This document shows, one piece after another, positions 53,578-62,291 of a stretch of DNA of 64,000 nt. How positions within the stretch are numbered: position 1 is the stretch's first letter; each line of letters opens with the position of its first letter. A program made the position numbers and the translations under genes. The stretch covers positions 12,344-76,343 of the IMG/VR virus record IMGVR_UViG_3300033067_000833; one strand, written 5' to 3'. Origin of the DNA: a virus (taxonomy: Duplodnaviria > Caudoviricetes). Below the pieces are notes generated by a model that had not been told where the DNA came from, searched no databases, and saw only the letters and a list, made by a program, of their open reading frames with translations.

Positions 53578-55110
53578 TTAAACTCCGGTGGCCGACGGTG
53601 TGGAGCTTACGGTCGAAGACGGTGTCGAACTTATGGTCGCGGAAGGGCTTGGCGTGGAGGACGGCGAGGTACTGGGAGTGGACGAAGCCGTTCCGCTGGG
53701 CGTCGAGCTTTCCGTGTGCGAAGCCGTTGCCGACGGAGTGCCGGAAGCGGTTGCACTCGGGGTGGCGCTGGGCGTCGAACTGGGCGTCGAACTGGGCGTG
53801 GCGCTCGCACTCTGGGTGGAACTGGGTGACGTGCTTGGCGTGCTCGACTCCGTTCCGCTCGGCGTCGCGCTGGGCGTGTTGGACACCGTTGCCGACGGGG
53901 TTGCCGAGGGCGTTCGCGACGGCGTCGAACTCGGGCTCAAGCTGGGCGTCGAACTCGGGGTCGCGGAAGGCGTCCCGGACGGGCTCGGGCTTGCCGTGGC
54001 CGAGGGCGTGCTGGAAACGGTTGCCGAGGGCGTGCGGCTGGGCGTCGCCGAGGGCGTCGCCGACGTGGTGTGACTGGGCGTCGAACTCGGGGTGTGCGAC
54101 GGACTGGGGCTCGGCGTGTTGCCGGCGGCCAGGACGTTGGTGACGACGATCTCGGGCGTGTCGCTGGCTTCGTCGCCAAATGCCTCGCCCTCGTTCTCGA
54201 AGGTCAAGTCGAACTCATCCGCCGCGTAAGGGCTGCTTTCCGGGATCTTCAAGTTGGTCAAGCTGATCTCGGTGTAGATCGCGTCGCCGCCCACTTCGGA
54301 CAGGTCGAACTTGATCACGCACTGAGCGCCGGCCGTGGTGGGTTCGTACAGGTCGTCGTTGTTCGCATCGAACGGAAGCTGCAGACCCAGGCGGATCAGC
54401 TTGCCGGAGTAGGGCATGCTGCTCATGGTGAACGAGTTGGCCCACCGCGGCTTGATCTTGTTGGTGACTTCCAGCCGAAACCCGTAGACCTCCCGATCGG
54501 TCCCCTCGATGGTGAACTGCCCGTCGCAGTCCTGGAAGCAGTACGGCGTGTAGGCCAGCGAGTAGGGTAGCGGCGGCTCCGGGTCTGGCCACGACGATGC
54601 CAAGGTGTCCCAGGCGTCATCCTTGAACACCCAGTCCATTGCCAGTGTCAGCAGGTCGGGCGTGCCTCGCTCACGAAAGGAGATGCCGCTTCCCTGCAGC
54701 ACCCAATGCGCACAGATGCCGTCTTTGAACTCATGCAGGTAGCCGTCCCGATTGAACAGCCAGCCCGCCGTGTTCAGGCAGGTGCCTGGCTTGAACACTC
54801 CGGCCCCAATGTCGGAACCGACAAGGTATTTGAGCAGCGTGGAGAAGTAGCCCGCGCTCGGGTTCATGATGATCCGCCCGAATACCGTGTAGCCTCCCTT
54901 GCGGGAACGCGATTTCAGCCGGTACATCTTGCCGGTGATGCCCTGGCCGCCGATCAATCGGCCGTGCCGCTGGAAGTTTTCGCCCGGGCTCCCATCCATC
55001 AGGAACTCGTAGCGCTCGCTGGCCGCGTCGAAGACGTAAGGCGACGCCCCAGGCTCACAGATCACTTTGGTCAGAACGCCCACAGCCGGGCCGCCGCATG
55101 CAGTTGTCAT
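53578..55110 (-). CDS. Tail tube protein with a ~180-aa Ser/Thr/Pro C-terminal extension
   Basis: Tube-like N-terminal 330 aa followed by SxTP repeats. Confidence 0.7.
   Translation of the reverse strand: MTTACGGPAVGVLTKVICEPGASPYVFDAASERYEFLMDGSPGENFQRHGRLIGGQGITGKMYRLKSRSRKGGYTVFGRIIMNPSAGYFSTLLKYLVGSDIGAGVFKPGTCLNTAGWLFNRDGYLHEFKDGICAHWVLQGSGISFRERGTPDLLTLAMDWVFKDDAWDTLASSWPDPEPPLPYSLAYTPYCFQDCDGQFTIEGTDREVYGFRLEVTNKIKPRWANSFTMSSMPYSGKLIRLGLQLPFDANNDDLYEPTTAGAQCVIKFDLSEVGGDAIYTEISLTNLKIPESSPYAADEFDLTFENEGEAFGDEASDTPEIVVTNVLAAGNTPSPSPSHTPSSTPSHTTSATPSATPSRTPSATVSSTPSATASPSPSGTPSATPSSTPSLSPSSTPSRTPSATPSATVSNTPSATPSGTESSTPSTSPSSTQSASATPSSTPSSTPSATPSATASGTPSATASHTESSTPSGTASSTPSTSPSSTPSPSATISSTPSSTVSSTPSATGV
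53581..54120 (-). repeat. 12-bp-period coding repeat (SSTP/SATP/SGTA)
   Basis: Degenerate tandem repeats visible in DNA and protein. Confidence 0.9.
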
Positions 55111-55175
55111 GTCTCAGTCCTCGGCGCGGCGACAAGGTTTGGGCCGGCGATGGTGGAATGGTAACGGAATCGGGA

Positions 55176-55496
55176 TCAGACTTCCAGAGTAACGCTCGTT
55201 ACGGAGTCTCCGCCGATCCCAAGCGATTTGAAGTTCGCGCAGTTGATTGAACCGTCCAGGGTGTAATTGCCGTTGGCGGCGATGTAGTGACCCAACGTTG
55301 AGGTCGGGTTTTGCCCGGACCAGGTGATGCGCACCGGGTTAGCCCCGGCGGTGATCACCAGTCGCTTGACGTTGATCACATTCTGCGCGTCGAACGCGAA
55401 GCCGGAGAGGGCGACGACCGCCCCCGTGCCGACAGTCGCGGTTTTCGTCTCCTTGGCAGTGTAGACGTTTTGAACAAACAGGGCCATGATGGGCAC
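55176..55496 (-). CDS. Small structural beta protein
   Basis: ITAGANPVRITWSGQNPTSTLGH. Confidence 0.55.
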   Translation of the reverse strand: MPIMALFVQNVYTAKETKTATVGTGAVVALSGFAFDAQNVINVKRLVITAGANPVRITWSGQNPTSTLGHYIAANGNYTLDGSINCANFKSLGIGGDSVTSVTLEV

Positions 55497-55500
55497 TCCT

Positions 55501-56484
55501 TCAGTTGCTGGGTGGTCCGTCGAGATTCTTGGGTTCGTCTACCGGGTCATGCTCGGTATGCCAGTCCGGGATCGGGCGAAAGTGTTCGACCAGCCAATCC
55601 AGCGTGCGGACAGCCTTGGGCCAGTGGTTCCCGCGCCACAGATCCTTGCTGTACTGCCGCGCCCGGTCGATCTGTTGTTGCGTGATCGGATAGGGCCACG
55701 TCGAGCGGCCCGGCGCCGCGAAGTTGCCGGTGCGGAACATGTGGGCGAACCAGCAGCGAGTGTTCGTCACCAGCCGCCCGCCGGAAAGCCACGCTTTGCA
55801 GGCCCATTCCGTTCCGAACTGGCCCCACGAACCGTGCCCCTCGTCCATGCCGCCCAGTTCCCAAAAGTGGTCGCGATCCAGGAACATGCAGGCCCCGATG
55901 AACGACATGGTTTCGATCATCTCGCCCGACTTGGCGACCCGCTCCTGGCCCGACTTGCCGCGCCAATACTGGAAGTGCAGTTCCTTGTCAAACCGCCACA
56001 GCACGGTCTTGTTCTTCCGCTTCGGCTTCCAGACGATCTGGATTTCCAGTTCCGTGTTGCCGCACATCTCGCACTTGTTCGGCCGGGCGCCCTGGTACGT
56101 CCGATGCTTGCACTTCTGGCACTCCCAATCAAAGGCGTGCAGGTTGTACATCATGGGGATCTGCACCATGCCTGGTTCATGATCCTGAATCAGCTGCACG
56201 TCGAAGCCGGGCGAGACGGCACAGTGAGCGTCGAGCTTCATGACAAACTTGGACCGGGACAGCTTGGCCCCGTCGTTGGTCGCCACTCGCTGGCCCACGG
56301 CTTCCGTGTGGTGAATGACCTTCAGGCGGCGATGGTCGTTCAGCGGAGGATCCGGCCAGCTGCCATCACAGATCGCTATAATTTCTGTCGATGGTCCTGA
56401 ATTGGCGAGAACATTTTCAACAGTTTTCGCAAAGAACTGCTCGTTCCTTCCAGGGATCAGCACCGACAAGTCAAACGACGGCAT
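55501..56484 (-). CDS. GT2-family glycosyltransferase with a Zn-ribbon insertion
   Basis: LSVLIPGRNE, ICDGS, KLDAHC, WGQFGTEWACKAWLSGG; AGGAGG RBS. Confidence 0.85.
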   Translation of the reverse strand: MPSFDLSVLIPGRNEQFFAKTVENVLANSGPSTEIIAICDGSWPDPPLNDHRRLKVIHHTEAVGQRVATNDGAKLSRSKFVMKLDAHCAVSPGFDVQLIQDHEPGMVQIPMMYNLHAFDWECQKCKHRTYQGARPNKCEMCGNTELEIQIVWKPKRKNKTVLWRFDKELHFQYWRGKSGQERVAKSGEMIETMSFIGACMFLDRDHFWELGGMDEGHGSWGQFGTEWACKAWLSGGRLVTNTRCWFAHMFRTGNFAAPGRSTWPYPITQQQIDRARQYSKDLWRGNHWPKAVRTLDWLVEHFRPIPDWHTEHDPVDEPKNLDGPPSN

Positions 56485-57247
56485 CGAGATACCTCCTTCT
56501 TGCTTCCCGCATCTTTGCTCGCGTCTCCTCGGAAAACACGCGACCCTTCTGCGACTCACTTAACTTGCGGCACGTTTCCGCAGAACGCTGGTGCGTCGCA
56601 TAATACGCTTTCAACGCGGCACTTCGCCTCGCGTTACTTTCTTCGCTTTGCTCTCGTCCTGTCATAAACTCAGAATGCCGGATAGCAGCGGCTTTCTGCT
56701 TTTCTGTCGGCGGCCTTCCCTTTTTTGTCGCTACGCATTTTGCGATAACTTCAGGCGGACGCGGTATTCCGCGTAGTTTTTCAGCTTGCCTTCGATAGCC
56801 ATCTTGTTCTGCTGGCGACGTTCGTTTACGACTTTTTTGTGCTGCCGACAACTTGGCTCGATGCTCCAGCGAAAGAGGCTTTCCCTTGAACCGAGAACTT
56901 ATTTTCGCTTTAGTTTCCTCGGATGGCCTTCCGCCCTTGCCGCCTTCGATCAAGTTGTATCCGTTTGGAGACATCGAATTGAGGCGGATAATTGTCTGCT
57001 TTTCAGCTTCGTCGATCTCGGCCTGTGTTGCGTCTGGAGAAAGCCGTGTTTGCACAATCGTGAAAACGGACTCCCCGTACTTCCGAATCGCGGCGGCGAT
57101 TGCCGCACACTCCCATTTCTGCATCATCGCGCGCCGAACATGCTTTCTCCACCGCTCCTTGATTCCACGTCGAGTCTGTCCGACATACTGCTTGCCGTTG
57201 ACGGTGTTCGTCACGATGTAGATGATCGGGCAATGCTCGTGTTTCAT
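56471..57247 (-). CDS. GIY-YIG homing endonuclease with NUMOD3 repeats
   Basis: IIYIVTN.VNGKQYVGQT, GYN, SEETKAKIS/SEETRAKMR. Confidence 0.9.
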   Translation of the reverse strand: MKHEHCPIIYIVTNTVNGKQYVGQTRRGIKERWRKHVRRAMMQKWECAAIAAAIRKYGESVFTIVQTRLSPDATQAEIDEAEKQTIIRLNSMSPNGYNLIEGGKGGRPSEETKAKISSRFKGKPLSLEHRAKLSAAQKSRKRTSPAEQDGYRRQAEKLRGIPRPPEVIAKCVATKKGRPPTEKQKAAAIRHSEFMTGREQSEESNARRSAALKAYYATHQRSAETCRKLSESQKGRVFSEETRAKMREARRRYLDAVV

Positions 57248-57675
57248 ACCTTACTCCTGAACACGACTATAGCAAGCGGGAACGGCAGTCCATGCTTCCC
57301 GCCGTTGAACTTCGGTCGTCCTCGGACGAACCGGACTTCTCCTCTCATTACTTCGTCATGCCACCACGCCGTATTGGTCCGCGCCGGGATCAGCATCACG
57401 GTTGTCGCGGCCCCTGATTCCGCAGCCAACCTTGCCTTGCGAACCCACTGAACCATCTCGCGGCCATAAGGCGGGTTGCACCAGCACACCCCTGTCCATT
57501 CCTGTTTCAGTCCGTCCGTTTCCCGGGTGAAATGATGCTGACACTTCGCGTTGCCGTCCGTCGAAGCAACATCGCACGTAAAGCCGAACTCCGCGTTCAG
57601 GCCGTCGAACAAGTCTTGTGGCGTCTCGTACTCCACGGACTTTGCGGCGAATCGTTCTTCGGTGAAATCAGCCAC
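57244..57675 (-). CDS. Phage DNA N6-adenine methyltransferase (Dam-like)
   Basis: ETPQDLFD, FTCDVA, WCNPPYG, LIPARTNTAWW. Confidence 0.9.
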   Translation of the reverse strand: MADFTEERFAAKSVEYETPQDLFDGLNAEFGFTCDVASTDGNAKCQHHFTRETDGLKQEWTGVCWCNPPYGREMVQWVRKARLAAESGAATTVMLIPARTNTAWWHDEVMRGEVRFVRGRPKFNGGKHGLPFPLAIVVFRSKV

Positions 57676-58486
57676 TCGCTGCTCCTGCTAACTTCAGGTG
57701 CGCCGGGTTGAAGTCGTTCTTCCGGCTCAGGTCGTGAAAGAGGTTGTTGGGGTTGAAATCCACGTCCCCACAAAATTGCCCGTTGGGGAACATGTAGATC
57801 GTCGGCCGGTCGTCGCGGTCGGACTCCTTCGCAAGCCCCGCGTCGCAGAACTCGATCCACTTCCGCTTGAACCAGCGGTCCTCGCCCTGCGGGTATGGCT
57901 TGTCGATCAAGTCCTCGCGGAACCCGCCCATCTCCCAGAACAACTGGCGGCGGATGCTGAAGTTGTTCGGGTGCGGCGGCATCTTGGCGCCCTTGTTCTG
58001 GATTCGCTCCCACGGCAGCCCGTAGGCGTTCAGCGTCGCAAAGTCCTGGGTGAAGTTGCCGTCCTTGTCGAGCACCCCGAACTCCCGCTTGAACCGGAGC
58101 TTGTCACCGGTAAACGCTCGGGCCGCGTCGATCGCCGCTCGCGGGAGGATGTAGTCCATGTCCGTCATCAGCAGGTACTCACCGCGGGCCAAACGTGCCC
58201 CGGCGTTGCGAGCCAGCGCCCACGTCCAGGGACGAAAGTCGTTCGTCGGGATGATTCGCACGGAACCCTGCCAGGGCCACGAGACTTGGCCCAGCAGCGG
58301 CGGATCGCTGCCGTCGTCCATGATGATGATTTCCACGTCCGGCGTCGGCATTCCAATCCGGCGCCAGTGCAGCAGCTGCCGCCGCACGATCTCGTGGCTG
58401 TTCAGACAGGGGATGACGATTGAAACCTTGATTGCAGTCATGCTGTCTCCGACAGTGTTGCGCGGTACTTCTTGGATGCGTTCCAT
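57668..58486 (-). CDS. GT2-family glycosyltransferase
   Basis: VSIVIPCLN, MDDGSD, ARNAGARLARGEYLLMTDMD, GEDRWF. Confidence 0.85.
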   Translation of the reverse strand: MERIQEVPRNTVGDSMTAIKVSIVIPCLNSHEIVRRQLLHWRRIGMPTPDVEIIIMDDGSDPPLLGQVSWPWQGSVRIIPTNDFRPWTWALARNAGARLARGEYLLMTDMDYILPRAAIDAARAFTGDKLRFKREFGVLDKDGNFTQDFATLNAYGLPWERIQNKGAKMPPHPNNFSIRRQLFWEMGGFREDLIDKPYPQGEDRWFKRKWIEFCDAGLAKESDRDDRPTIYMFPNGQFCGDVDFNPNNLFHDLSRKNDFNPAHLKLAGAASG

Positions 58487-58683
58487 TCCTCAACAGAAAA
58501 TGGCCGTCCATGCAGATGGTAGTGCATGTGTTCCAGCCAATGCCTTGGAACAATCGTTGACACATCAGCCAACGCAGCCCTGCATTCCTCTTCGCTAAGG
58601 TCTGATTCTGCAATGAACTTCATCCACTCTTGCAACGCGTGCAGTCGCTCTGTATCGCGAAAACGTGTCATGGTTTCACCCAA
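58438..58683 (-). CDS. Small hypothetical protein (AT-richer)
   Basis: Fills the gap between the methyltransferase and GT genes. Confidence 0.4.
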   Translation of the reverse strand: MGETMTRFRDTERLHALQEWMKFIAESDLSEEECRAALADVSTIVPRHWLEHMHYHLHGRPFSVEEWNASKKYRATLSETA

Positions 58684-59264
58684 AACGCCGTGGGCTCCAT
58701 TTCCCGCGTGACGTACCAGGGCCGGATGTCGTGGCCGGCAACGTAGGCATCCACCGCGAACCGCACGTCCGAACCGCAGAACGGATGGTAGTCGTGAACC
58801 GCCACGATGCCGCCCGTCTTTACCTTCTTCGACCAGTAGATGATGTCCTCCATCGCGAAGTCAAAGTCGTGGTTCCCGTCGATGAACACAAAGTCCAAAT
58901 GCTCGTCCGGCCAGTTGACGACCTCGGCCATGCTGGGCTTGCGATGTAGCTCGCACCGCCCGGCTTGGATGTAGGGAGCCAGCAGCTTGTTTGCCCGCTC
59001 GAAGGAATCGTCCTGCCACTCCTTGGTGCGATTGTTGTAGGCCATCCACGGGTCCACGCAGATCAGTCGGCACTTCGGGTTCTGGTCGAGCAGCACCTTG
59101 GCGAAGTCCCCGAACCGCGTCCCGATTTCCACGCCGCTGTTCAGCCCGAACTCACCCAGCATTTTCGCCAGGTCAACCCGCGTACCTCTGCGGGGATACC
59201 ACGGAAGATTCCGTTTGCGAAGATGACTCCAGACCCGCTGAATTCCCACATCGGTTATGTGCAT
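58668..59264 (-). CDS. Class I SAM methyltransferase (Methyltransf_24-like, likely acting on sugars)
   Basis: GVEIGTRFG, VDPW, DFVFIDGNH, GGIVAVHDY. Confidence 0.85.
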   Translation of the reverse strand: MHITDVGIQRVWSHLRKRNLPWYPRRGTRVDLAKMLGEFGLNSGVEIGTRFGDFAKVLLDQNPKCRLICVDPWMAYNNRTKEWQDDSFERANKLLAPYIQAGRCELHRKPSMAEVVNWPDEHLDFVFIDGNHDFDFAMEDIIYWSKKVKTGGIVAVHDYHPFCGSDVRFAVDAYVAGHDIRPWYVTREMEPTAFWVKP

Positions 59265-59967
59265 AACGCCTCACAATGTCTCGGGCCGCACCCCAGTACG
59301 GGATCTCGACCGCCTTGATTTCCCCATGCTTTTTGTAAAAGTGCCGACCATCACCCAGCATGTTCGGGTAATCGCCGGTATCCGTTCCCGTCAAGTGATT
59401 CAGCTGCACGATCGGGTTCTTGCACCACCATTCGACGGAGTTCCGTTCCGTCAGCCCGAGCTTTCGCTCCAGCTTTTGCCGCCCTACCTCGCCGCAGTCA
59501 GCGTTTGGGATTCCACGCGGATGCTTCTCGCGACGCTCCTCCAGGGCCTCAATCAGCAAGTCCCTCGGAGCGATCAAGCTGCAGTTACTGATCCGTTGCC
59601 GGAGACAAAAAATCGGGTCGTTCTCCCAAGCGAACAGCGACCATCGGGAGCGGTCGTAGGACACGGCATCGGCGGGCGGCCGAAAGTCGTGGAAGTGCTC
59701 GGGCGTGTACAGCACGTCATCCTCGGCCATCGCAACGAACTCCGTCTGTGCAATCTTGGCGGCCCGGAGCATTTGCATGTAGATGTTCCAATAGGACTTC
59801 TGTCCGTCATCGTGAAGGTTGTGCCCGAGCGCGAGTGGTTTCCTGGTCACGGAAATGACTGGCGAGTCCCCAATGGACTCCAGTAGTCGCCCAAGTTGAA
59901 ACTGCATCCAGTGCTCTGGTAGTTCGCTCGCACTGATGTACAGGACTGTCAGGTCGCTCGGCATCAC
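59173..59967 (-). CDS. GT-A-like glycosyltransferase
   Basis: TEFVAMAEDDVLY; lies in the GT cluster. Confidence 0.6.
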   Translation of the reverse strand: MMPSDLTVLYISASELPEHWMQFQLGRLLESIGDSPVISVTRKPLALGHNLHDDGQKSYWNIYMQMLRAAKIAQTEFVAMAEDDVLYTPEHFHDFRPPADAVSYDRSRWSLFAWENDPIFCLRQRISNCSLIAPRDLLIEALEERREKHPRGIPNADCGEVGRQKLERKLGLTERNSVEWWCKNPIVQLNHLTGTDTGDYPNMLGDGRHFYKKHGEIKAVEIPYWGAARDIVRRYAHNRCGNSAGLESSSQTESSVVSPQRYAG

Positions 59968-62288
59968 GGCTCTCCCAAAATCGACGGCAGGTAGAACGTG
60001 TCGTCCGTACCCACAGTGAAAGCGACCGGCGTACCATCTCTGCCGCGCTTGGCCTCATAGGTCTGCGATTTCCAAAACGGCGACTCGATTACGCCCAAGG
60101 CGTTGCTAACCAGTTCTCTCCACTCCTTGGAGTCTCCATGTCCGGTTCCGCTGCGTCGCGATGTCTGCCGGACGTAGATGCTTTGGTACGCGCCGGTGGT
60201 GGTGTCCTTGGCGTGCATGTCCAGTCGCCCGGTAGCTGTCCCGGCATTCGTCGGCGCCGTGATTGCGACCGCCGTCATCGAAAACGTCTTGGTCCAGGTC
60301 GTGCCAGTGCTGCTAACAGCGTGCGTCGTGTTCGCAAAGACGTAACCATCGAGCGTGATCGCCACCGTGTACGTTGCCGCGTCGAGTGACATGCTGACCG
60401 TTCCGGCGACTCCGGTTGTCCCGGTCCCTTGCAAGACACCGTTCAGCCAGAACGAAACCGTTGCACCCTGTAAGGCTGTCGCGCCATCATTGACCGTCCA
60501 AGTGCAGGCGTAGGCACCCGTCCCGCTTCCTACGCCAGTAACCGCCGTCAACCCCGCCCCAGCCGTCCCGATGTTGTCCCTGTTGGCCTCCAGGCTATCG
60601 GTCGTGTTGTTGTAACTCGACCAATCCGCGGTTGCGCCCTTGCTTGCCAACTTTGCGACGATCGAATTGTCAACCACATCATCGCTGTCGGCCACTGCAA
60701 CAAGGTGATCCAACTTGATGTCACTGAGCGCTGTATCCACCTCCGCATTGATCCCCGTCAGCGACATGCGCCCGTCCTGGTAGATCGTCTGCCCGCTTCC
60801 GCTGTTGGTGAGACGGATGTTGCCGTTCAAGTACACCGTTCCGCCAGTGCATGATGCTGCCAGCGTCAAGTCGAGGTCGCCGCAAACGTCCAGTACGTTG
60901 CCGGCTCGCATGTTCGTGATCTGGCAGATTCCAGTCACGTTTGCCATGACGACCTTCCGCGTGTCTGCGGCAGTTCCAAAGTCAATCGTCGGTGTTCCCG
61001 ATGCGGCGACAAAGGCGGTATCCTTAATCAAGTACGGTTTTTCCGCCCCGAGCGTCACGGTCCCCATGACGTGGCAACGGTGCATGTCGAACTCACCGAG
61101 CGTCACCGATTCGATATGAGACTCCCAAAACATCATTTCGTGATCTACCGCCGTTGCCGTCCCGGTGACGTACTCGCAGTTGTAGATGGTCGTGTACGAG
61201 TAGTCCACGCTGTTCAGCGCGAGAGCCCATCCGCCCTTGCCAGACAGGCTGTACCGTTTCAGATCGGCCGCAGGCGTCACGGTCGTATTCGGTGCAATCT
61301 CAAATCGCCGGATACTCAACGCCGCAGCCACGACAACCGCGTCCGCCCACGGGCAAGGATTGTCCGCCACGCCGTTGACGTAACTGACTTGGCCAGCCGC
61401 GCCAGAACTATCCACCCACACCGCACCGTTGGAGTAGCCAACCGTGCGAGATGTAGACGCCTTTGCCACAACGCATTGATCCACGTACAGATTGGCGCTC
61501 GTCAACCCGGTCCCGTACACCCTGATTCGGACCTTCCCGATGTTCGCACCAGTCCCAGTGTACTTGCCAACGAGTGCCGGACTCTGCGTCGTGTCCACGC
61601 TGGTGTTGACACCAGTCAGCGTGAACAGCGTAACCCATGATGTCGTGAGCCAGTTGTACGCCTGGACGGCCGCATTGTCACCGTTGCCGGTCATCCGGCC
61701 CTTGAACACCACGCCAACGCCAACCTCGTCCGGCCGCAACGTGTATTCGTAGTACACGTCAAGCGTTCCGCCGCTGTCCGGAATCTGGTGATAGACGGTG
61801 TTGCTGGTGTCGATATTGGCGAACGTTCCAACCTCAGTTCCGCCAGTCGTCTTTGTGAACGACGCGGCGGCTTCGTAGGCTGCGGCTCCGGTGGTTGCGA
61901 TATTGCCAATCAGCGCCACCACGTCGCCAGGACTGTTGGCCGTCCCACCCGTCTGCACCGCATCGCAGTCCCACGGGTCGAGCGTCGTTCCGTTCCAGTA
62001 GCCGACGATAGTGCCCTTCAGCGTGTCGCTGATCGCTGGCGATGCACCGGCTTGGAGGTACACGTCAACCCAGTAGAAACCGACGGTCGTGAGTGCGGCA
62101 GGCCAGTCACCGACGTAGAAATAGGACGATGCCGGTGTCTCTGCTAGGGTGATGTCATAGTTTCCCCAGTTGGCAACGGTCAGGGCTTCCAACGCTGAAC
62201 CGTTCCACATAGTTCTGACCGAACTGCGGATCGTCGCGTAATAGGTGCCGCCCGTCGTCTCGGCCCGCCAGTACAATTCCGATGCCAT
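59964..62288 (-). CDS. Tail fibre / virion structural protein
   Basis: 774 aa, Thr/Gly/Ala-rich beta content, C-terminal Ig/carboxypeptidase-regulatory-like segment. Confidence 0.6.
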   Translation of the reverse strand: MASELYWRAETTGGTYYATIRSSVRTMWNGSALEALTVANWGNYDITLAETPASSYFYVGDWPAALTTVGFYWVDVYLQAGASPAISDTLKGTIVGYWNGTTLDPWDCDAVQTGGTANSPGDVVALIGNIATTGAAAYEAAASFTKTTGGTEVGTFANIDTSNTVYHQIPDSGGTLDVYYEYTLRPDEVGVGVVFKGRMTGNGDNAAVQAYNWLTTSWVTLFTLTGVNTSVDTTQSPALVGKYTGTGANIGKVRIRVYGTGLTSANLYVDQCVVAKASTSRTVGYSNGAVWVDSSGAAGQVSYVNGVADNPCPWADAVVVAAALSIRRFEIAPNTTVTPAADLKRYSLSGKGGWALALNSVDYSYTTIYNCEYVTGTATAVDHEMMFWESHIESVTLGEFDMHRCHVMGTVTLGAEKPYLIKDTAFVAASGTPTIDFGTAADTRKVVMANVTGICQITNMRAGNVLDVCGDLDLTLAASCTGGTVYLNGNIRLTNSGSGQTIYQDGRMSLTGINAEVDTALSDIKLDHLVAVADSDDVVDNSIVAKLASKGATADWSSYNNTTDSLEANRDNIGTAGAGLTAVTGVGSGTGAYACTWTVNDGATALQGATVSFWLNGVLQGTGTTGVAGTVSMSLDAATYTVAITLDGYVFANTTHAVSSTGTTWTKTFSMTAVAITAPTNAGTATGRLDMHAKDTTTGAYQSIYVRQTSRRSGTGHGDSKEWRELVSNALGVIESPFWKSQTYEAKRGRDGTPVAFTVGTDDTFYLPSILGEP

Positions 62289-62291
62289 ACG

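Noticed and set aside
50150-57247. Group I introns housing the HNH or GIY-YIG genes
   Set aside because: Flanking genes are complete with their own starts and stops, and no intron core was seen; the endonucleases appear free-standing.
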